Positions 59,148 to 64,000 of a stretch of DNA of 64,000 nucleotides are shown here, one piece after another. The notes under the pieces were generated by a model that saw nothing but the letters and a program-made list of their open reading frames with translations, did not search any database and was not told the origin of the DNA. Position 1 is the first letter of the stretch. Every line of letters starts with the position of its first letter. The translations under genes were made by a program, and so were the position numbers. The DNA is from Phoronis australis (lineage: Eukaryota > Animalia > Phoronida), in NCBI GenBank assembly GCA_002633005.1, contig NMRA01000357.1, positions 196,894 through 260,893 on the forward strand, written 5' to 3'.

Positions 59148-62031
59148 GAATTTCTTTAACGAGGACACAGTGCAATATTCACACTACATGCTTAGCAAAG
59201 TGCATCATGGTTCTCAAAGATTTTTATCCTCTATGGTTCAATATTTTCACCGGGCTTATAAAAGGGAGTGCTGTTTCAAAAGTATAATAAAGGAATTACT
59301 AGGTTCAGCCTTAACGATAATGAGAGGAATGTTTTGATGGATTTAGATGCAAAGTACTTGGCCTATCTTTTGGCAACGAGGAGGCTGAGATTTAAAATCT
59401 TGTTTAGAATCATGCCAATTTCAAAACACGGCATTGTTTCTTATAAAACTAATATGTCTAAAACGTGATTTTTCTATCAAATTGGCTCCTGAAATTGAAT
59501 TCCCCATGAAAAATTTTGTTGTGGTCGTTTTCCCCGAAGAAATGCGATAAGTATTAGCCATTATCATACAGCCGTGAAATAACTGCGTTATCACTCCGTG
59601 AAATACGACACAACTGCCTTTCCATATTTTTCTAGAACAGGTAACCGTTATCATGTCTAGAGAAGATAACTCTGGCAAAGTCGTAAGAATTGAGGTATTT
59701 GGCAGACTAAATCCATAAAAATGAAGGTAGTAGTTGAAATTCATCTGTTTATATAGTACCGCTCATGGCTCACACTCACTGTACTGGTGTTACTATCACC
59801 AGTAATTGAAAAATACCTTACACATGACATCTGTACCAAATTCAGTGCTCAAATCATGAACATATCGGTCAAATATCAACTGAAATTTTAATTTCAATAA
59901 ACTTGATGGAAATTAAGGTGAAAACAGTGTTTTGAAGTAAGCAAACACGCAACCTAAACAATACAGCGACCTCATTTGGCAAACTAATCGTGAATCAGTC
60001 GTTGCTATACCAAACCCGGTTGTAGGCTATCAACAGACATTAAAAATGACGTTCCTATGTAGTACTCGAAAACAAAATAATGTTCTGTAACGCTCGACAA
60101 CCCTCGAATAATTACTTCAGGCAAAATTTTAAAATTCCTTAGAATGTCTGCTAAACGAATAAGCGAGACCTACACTTTAAGCGAGTTACAATTAAGGCGA
60201 ATATAGGAAATTCTACTCACCAAGTACCATCTATGACAAAGAAAGTATGACATCTTTGATGAATATTGCTTTTATCACTCAAGTATGAAGCCAATGTTGT
60301 AATATATTAAGGTGTCAGATGACGAGGATTGGTTGAAACCACCACCACCACAAGATTTAGTATCCTTTATATAGAAAAATACGAAAATTGCACTGGAATT
60401 CACAACAACAGGATAATAACAACTACATGGGCATTTTTTGTGTTTATAAACAAAAACACTGAACCCGCTGTTTGAATAGTACGGGGGTGATTGGACGTAC
60501 CACTTCACCATGGTCGCGGTCTCGTATACTAGGTGGGAAACTCTCTATTCAGGGGCGAACGTGACAGCTCAGGGATTTTACACAGTTTCCATTTTAATGT
60601 ACTTACCATTAGAATGTTTGAAGAGGAAAAAAGACATTGCAACGTTTTCCAAAAAAAAAAACACTTGCTATGGTTTGTAACTCATCTTTTAACAAAAATT
60701 TGTGGAATGCGATGGAAACCTCTACGTAAGAATGACGTTCATGGAATTTCCCTCCAACAGAAATGGGCCCTTTTTAATGGCGCTATTTCGCTATTAACAT
60801 GTTTTTAACGTGCCGACTTTTCTAAAATGGTTGGTGTCACATTTTTGCGACAAAACACTGTTAAATTCTTCTCATGTAACTAAGCGTACAGTATGGCATC
60901 TATTTAAACACTGGCTAGCCGATACGAAAATATTTTTCTCAGTTACTTACAGATGCAGTTCCGATATTGTTTGCCACGGCGCCTGAGGGACGTGTGCATA
61001 ATAAAATTTGAGCTGTCACAATTGCAATGCGGTTGCAGAGCTTAATTTGAACACCGTCAGAAACGAAGGCCTATGCGCCATTCACTTCGTAACGGTACTT
61101 TCAGAAAAAAGCAAGGCAACATCTTGTAATAGAACTTCATTTCTTCTATGTCCCTTAATAAAACATTGAGATGAATTGTTTTCGTTACCTAAGCGAAGAT
61201 TTTCGCCCAAGCGCTTGCCAACGTCTTGCAGTCTACGGAATGCAGCGCGGCTATGCGGGAGAACATGTGGGTTCAAAGCATGCAGCTGACAACTTGCTTA
61301 TTATAGAGATAAAATGCGGGCTTAGGGATATAATAAGGCTATCTATGGAAATCAAATGATGACGTCGATCTATAATCTGTACCTCTTGAGTTGAAGCTGG
61401 CCGGCAGCGACTGAGAGATCTTCATGTAGCAGGGTTGAAATCAGTAGCTGTCTCTATAATATATCAGATGTAATATCGCAGTCTCGCTTTCTAGCGAGGC
61501 CCTGGGTCCTATCGTTACCGAACTCTTGCCTGATCAATGATTACCTGCAGCCCCCCGCAATTTAGGTGACCATGATTGAATGATTAGGTAGGCCTACTGT
61601 ATGCCTTGAGGGGTTGAATGGTTTCACAAAGCGATGACAAAACCTAGCCCTTTTATTAAGGTATGGGTTTCGGGCTATGCGAAGTCCTAACCGGTGCAGG
61701 CTGCCTATAGGCCTAGGTCTGTCAAAAACATCTCAAATCAAATATCTCTCATACTTCGAGATCATCTTTAAATCCAGATAAAAAGTCACATGTATCAATA
61801 ACTTGTTTAACGTGCCGAAGACACAAAGGGTAAACACGGAAAGCAAATGCGGGCTAACCGGTTGCCTTTTTCCTGTTGTCAAACCTGAACAATCGAAGGC
61901 TGTGTAACCCCCATGTCAAAATGGTACATTCCATCACAAAGCAAATAAATTGACCTACTTAGATATACCAAGTCTAGCAGTTCAGATTGCACTTCTTTAC
62001 GGTCCCGCATTTTCAGAAACAGTTTGGCAAA

Positions 62032-62117
62032 ATGGTCAACCTTGGAGACGTGTTCCCGGATTTCGAAGCCAATACGTCAACTGGACCGATGAAATGGCAT
62101 GAGTATATCAATAACAG
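62032..62117 (+). CDS. PRDX6: peroxiredoxin-6 (1-Cys Prx), first coding exon; gene continues beyond the window
   Basis: MVNLGDVFPDFEANTSTGPMKWHEYINN matches the Prdx6 N-terminus (LGDxxPxFEAxTxxGxIxFHxx). Phase-2 donor AG|gtgtgt lies just before the expected SW..LFSHP. Confidence 0.85.
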
Positions 62118-64000
62118 GTGTGTTGTCATTGTTAAAACAGGTGGGTATAGGGAATTTAAGTTCCAGCACACTCACCCTGGCACTAGCCAGTGGCAGAACG
62201 GGCTCTGGTTCGCGTTCTGTCCCTTCGCGTGTATGACAAGAAATATTGCGTTTTCTGTTGAAATGACTGTTTGGCTGCAAGTTGCTTTGCTTCATTTGCT
62301 GTAGAACCCTACCGGTTTCATTGTGTGCCTGCATAGCAATTTAAAGTTGTTTGACGTTCTGAACAGTTGTATGCAAATTGGGTCGCACCGGCGTCACTGC
62401 CGGCCGTAGTGACCTAGTTCGTTTTCAGTGATATCTCAGTGAAGCCTATAATAGTAATAGTCGAAGAACGCTAGTAACTCTGGACAGTAGGCCTATAGCT
62501 CATTGCTCTGAAAAAGTAAAACAGCTTTAAACCCGTGTTTGATGTCACGTTTGGGTTTACTATAAAATCGGTTTATATTTCCTTATTCAGTTCAAGCTGT
62601 TCAGAAGTGAATTCTGAAAGTCTTGTTTTTGATAACCCCACTTGCAAAATGCGTAACAGTGTTTTGGAGAATATACACGAAGGATAGCACCTGAAAGTTT
62701 CGTTTGAATTCAATCTGCGATTTCTGAGCTGCGCTGTACCGAAAATTATAGTGTCGTATGACTATGAAGCCCCGCCCCTTTTATGAGAAACTAAAGGGAC
62801 CCTTTTCGAGCTTCTATGATAATGACACCATTTCCTTAATTAATGACGTAGATTTGAATGGAAGAACCTTTGGGCTGTATTGACAACAAACCTCTTCAAA
62901 TGAACCCTTTCGTATAGTTTCAGTGGTTCTTTCCATGACTGAAAATGGGTTTTGAAAAGCCACTCATCCTAGCAGCACTTCTCGTATGTATACGCGTGCA
63001 TGAGCGCTCTTATGGGAGCACACCAGTTCAACTGCATCACAATTTGAAAACGCACGTGTTGCCATTTTTCTCAAATGCTGCTTCAGATTTCTATAAGGTC
63101 ACCGCGGTAGGTGGACTAAGAGTGCATCTCATGATTACATTAATCGTATTAGTCAGCGGCTGCCCGTAGGTATAGCACGTGAACTTTACATGACGTAACT
63201 GTGAGGTACAAAATCAACAGTGGGCTACTGCTTAGTGGAAATATAGAGATTTCAATACTATATCTCGAGTGGATTGAGCGACTTCATCAGATTTATCATG
63301 GTTTGACCTACAGAACGCAAGCACGCTACTGATGTTTATCTGGACATCTCACGAAAAAGAAAATAACTTTAAGATACCCCAAACTTTGGCCCTAACATGG
63401 ATCATCGGTTTTTAGATGCTCGTGCCTGTAAATGTTTGTGAGTGTCGTTTGTCTCCCAGAATTTATGTATACCTCTGCCGGTCGTTAGCTTTACATGTTG
63501 ATATAAATTTCACGAGGAGCTGACGAGCAGCACTACCCGGTCTCTTGTGTGAAATTTCGGGGTCTAACGAGCTCAACACACAGTGCTACCGCGCTGTATT
63601 TTGAGGATGGTCTTCAAACATATAGCTAGCTGGTCGGTAATGGATAACCCTCAGTATCACACAAAGGTATTGATAAATACATTGCGTACAGCGATCATGT
63701 TCAGTCTCCGGTGGTCCCATTTTTTTGTGGTGGGGCGGTCATGTTTTTAGTTGAGTCGATCCCATTTTCAGGTGCGGCGGTCCCGTTAGATTCCCGTAGG
63801 TATGATTTGGAGGACCGGCGTACATATTTTGGGTCCGGCAGCCATGTTGTTTCTCACCCGTGTACGTGTCTACAGTCACCTTGATTTCGTGTATGACCTA
63901 CTTCTACCCAGTCTGCTCTATTGTCAGTGCAACTCTTTTTAAACATTTCATTGAATCCTTCTATTGTTGGCTCCACCGTGGCCCCGGGGGGGGGGGGGGG

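Noticed and set aside
63835-63880. tctcacccg (SHP) as Prdx6 exon 2
   Set aside because: It lacks the preceding W and the following DxTPVCTTE motif, so exon 2 must lie beyond the window.

Overview
AT-rich, intron-rich animal genomic DNA, probably a marine invertebrate; the Prdx6 N-terminus looks lophotrochozoan, but the taxon cannot be fixed from this window. It is not prokaryotic, and most entries in the ORF track are spurious or exon read-throughs. The main feature is one + strand gene spanning 8287-53177, reconstructed by hand as 28 GT-AG exons whose phases all join. The CDS is 4419 nt (1472 aa). Domain order: signal peptide, C-type-lectin-like domain, 4 EGF repeats (3 Ca-binding type), UMOD/D8C-like Cys domain, VWDE-type linker, VWD domain, a spacer bounded by two RRRR sites, EGF and VWDE-type region, three tandem Cys-rich repeats, transmembrane helix and short tail. 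It is a membrane-anchored VWDE-like mosaic protein. The first coding exon of a 1-Cys peroxiredoxin (Prdx6) lies at 62032-62117. The introns and flanks hold many decayed and often nested transposons: hAT, MULE-like MITEs, Harbinger-like MITEs, IS3EU-like, Academ-like, Tc1, L1/Tx1, Penelope, Kolobok and THAP remnants. One LINE tail is flanked by a 143-bp direct repeat. TE family names come from motif recognition, not database searches. Single N characters mark assembly gaps or ambiguities.
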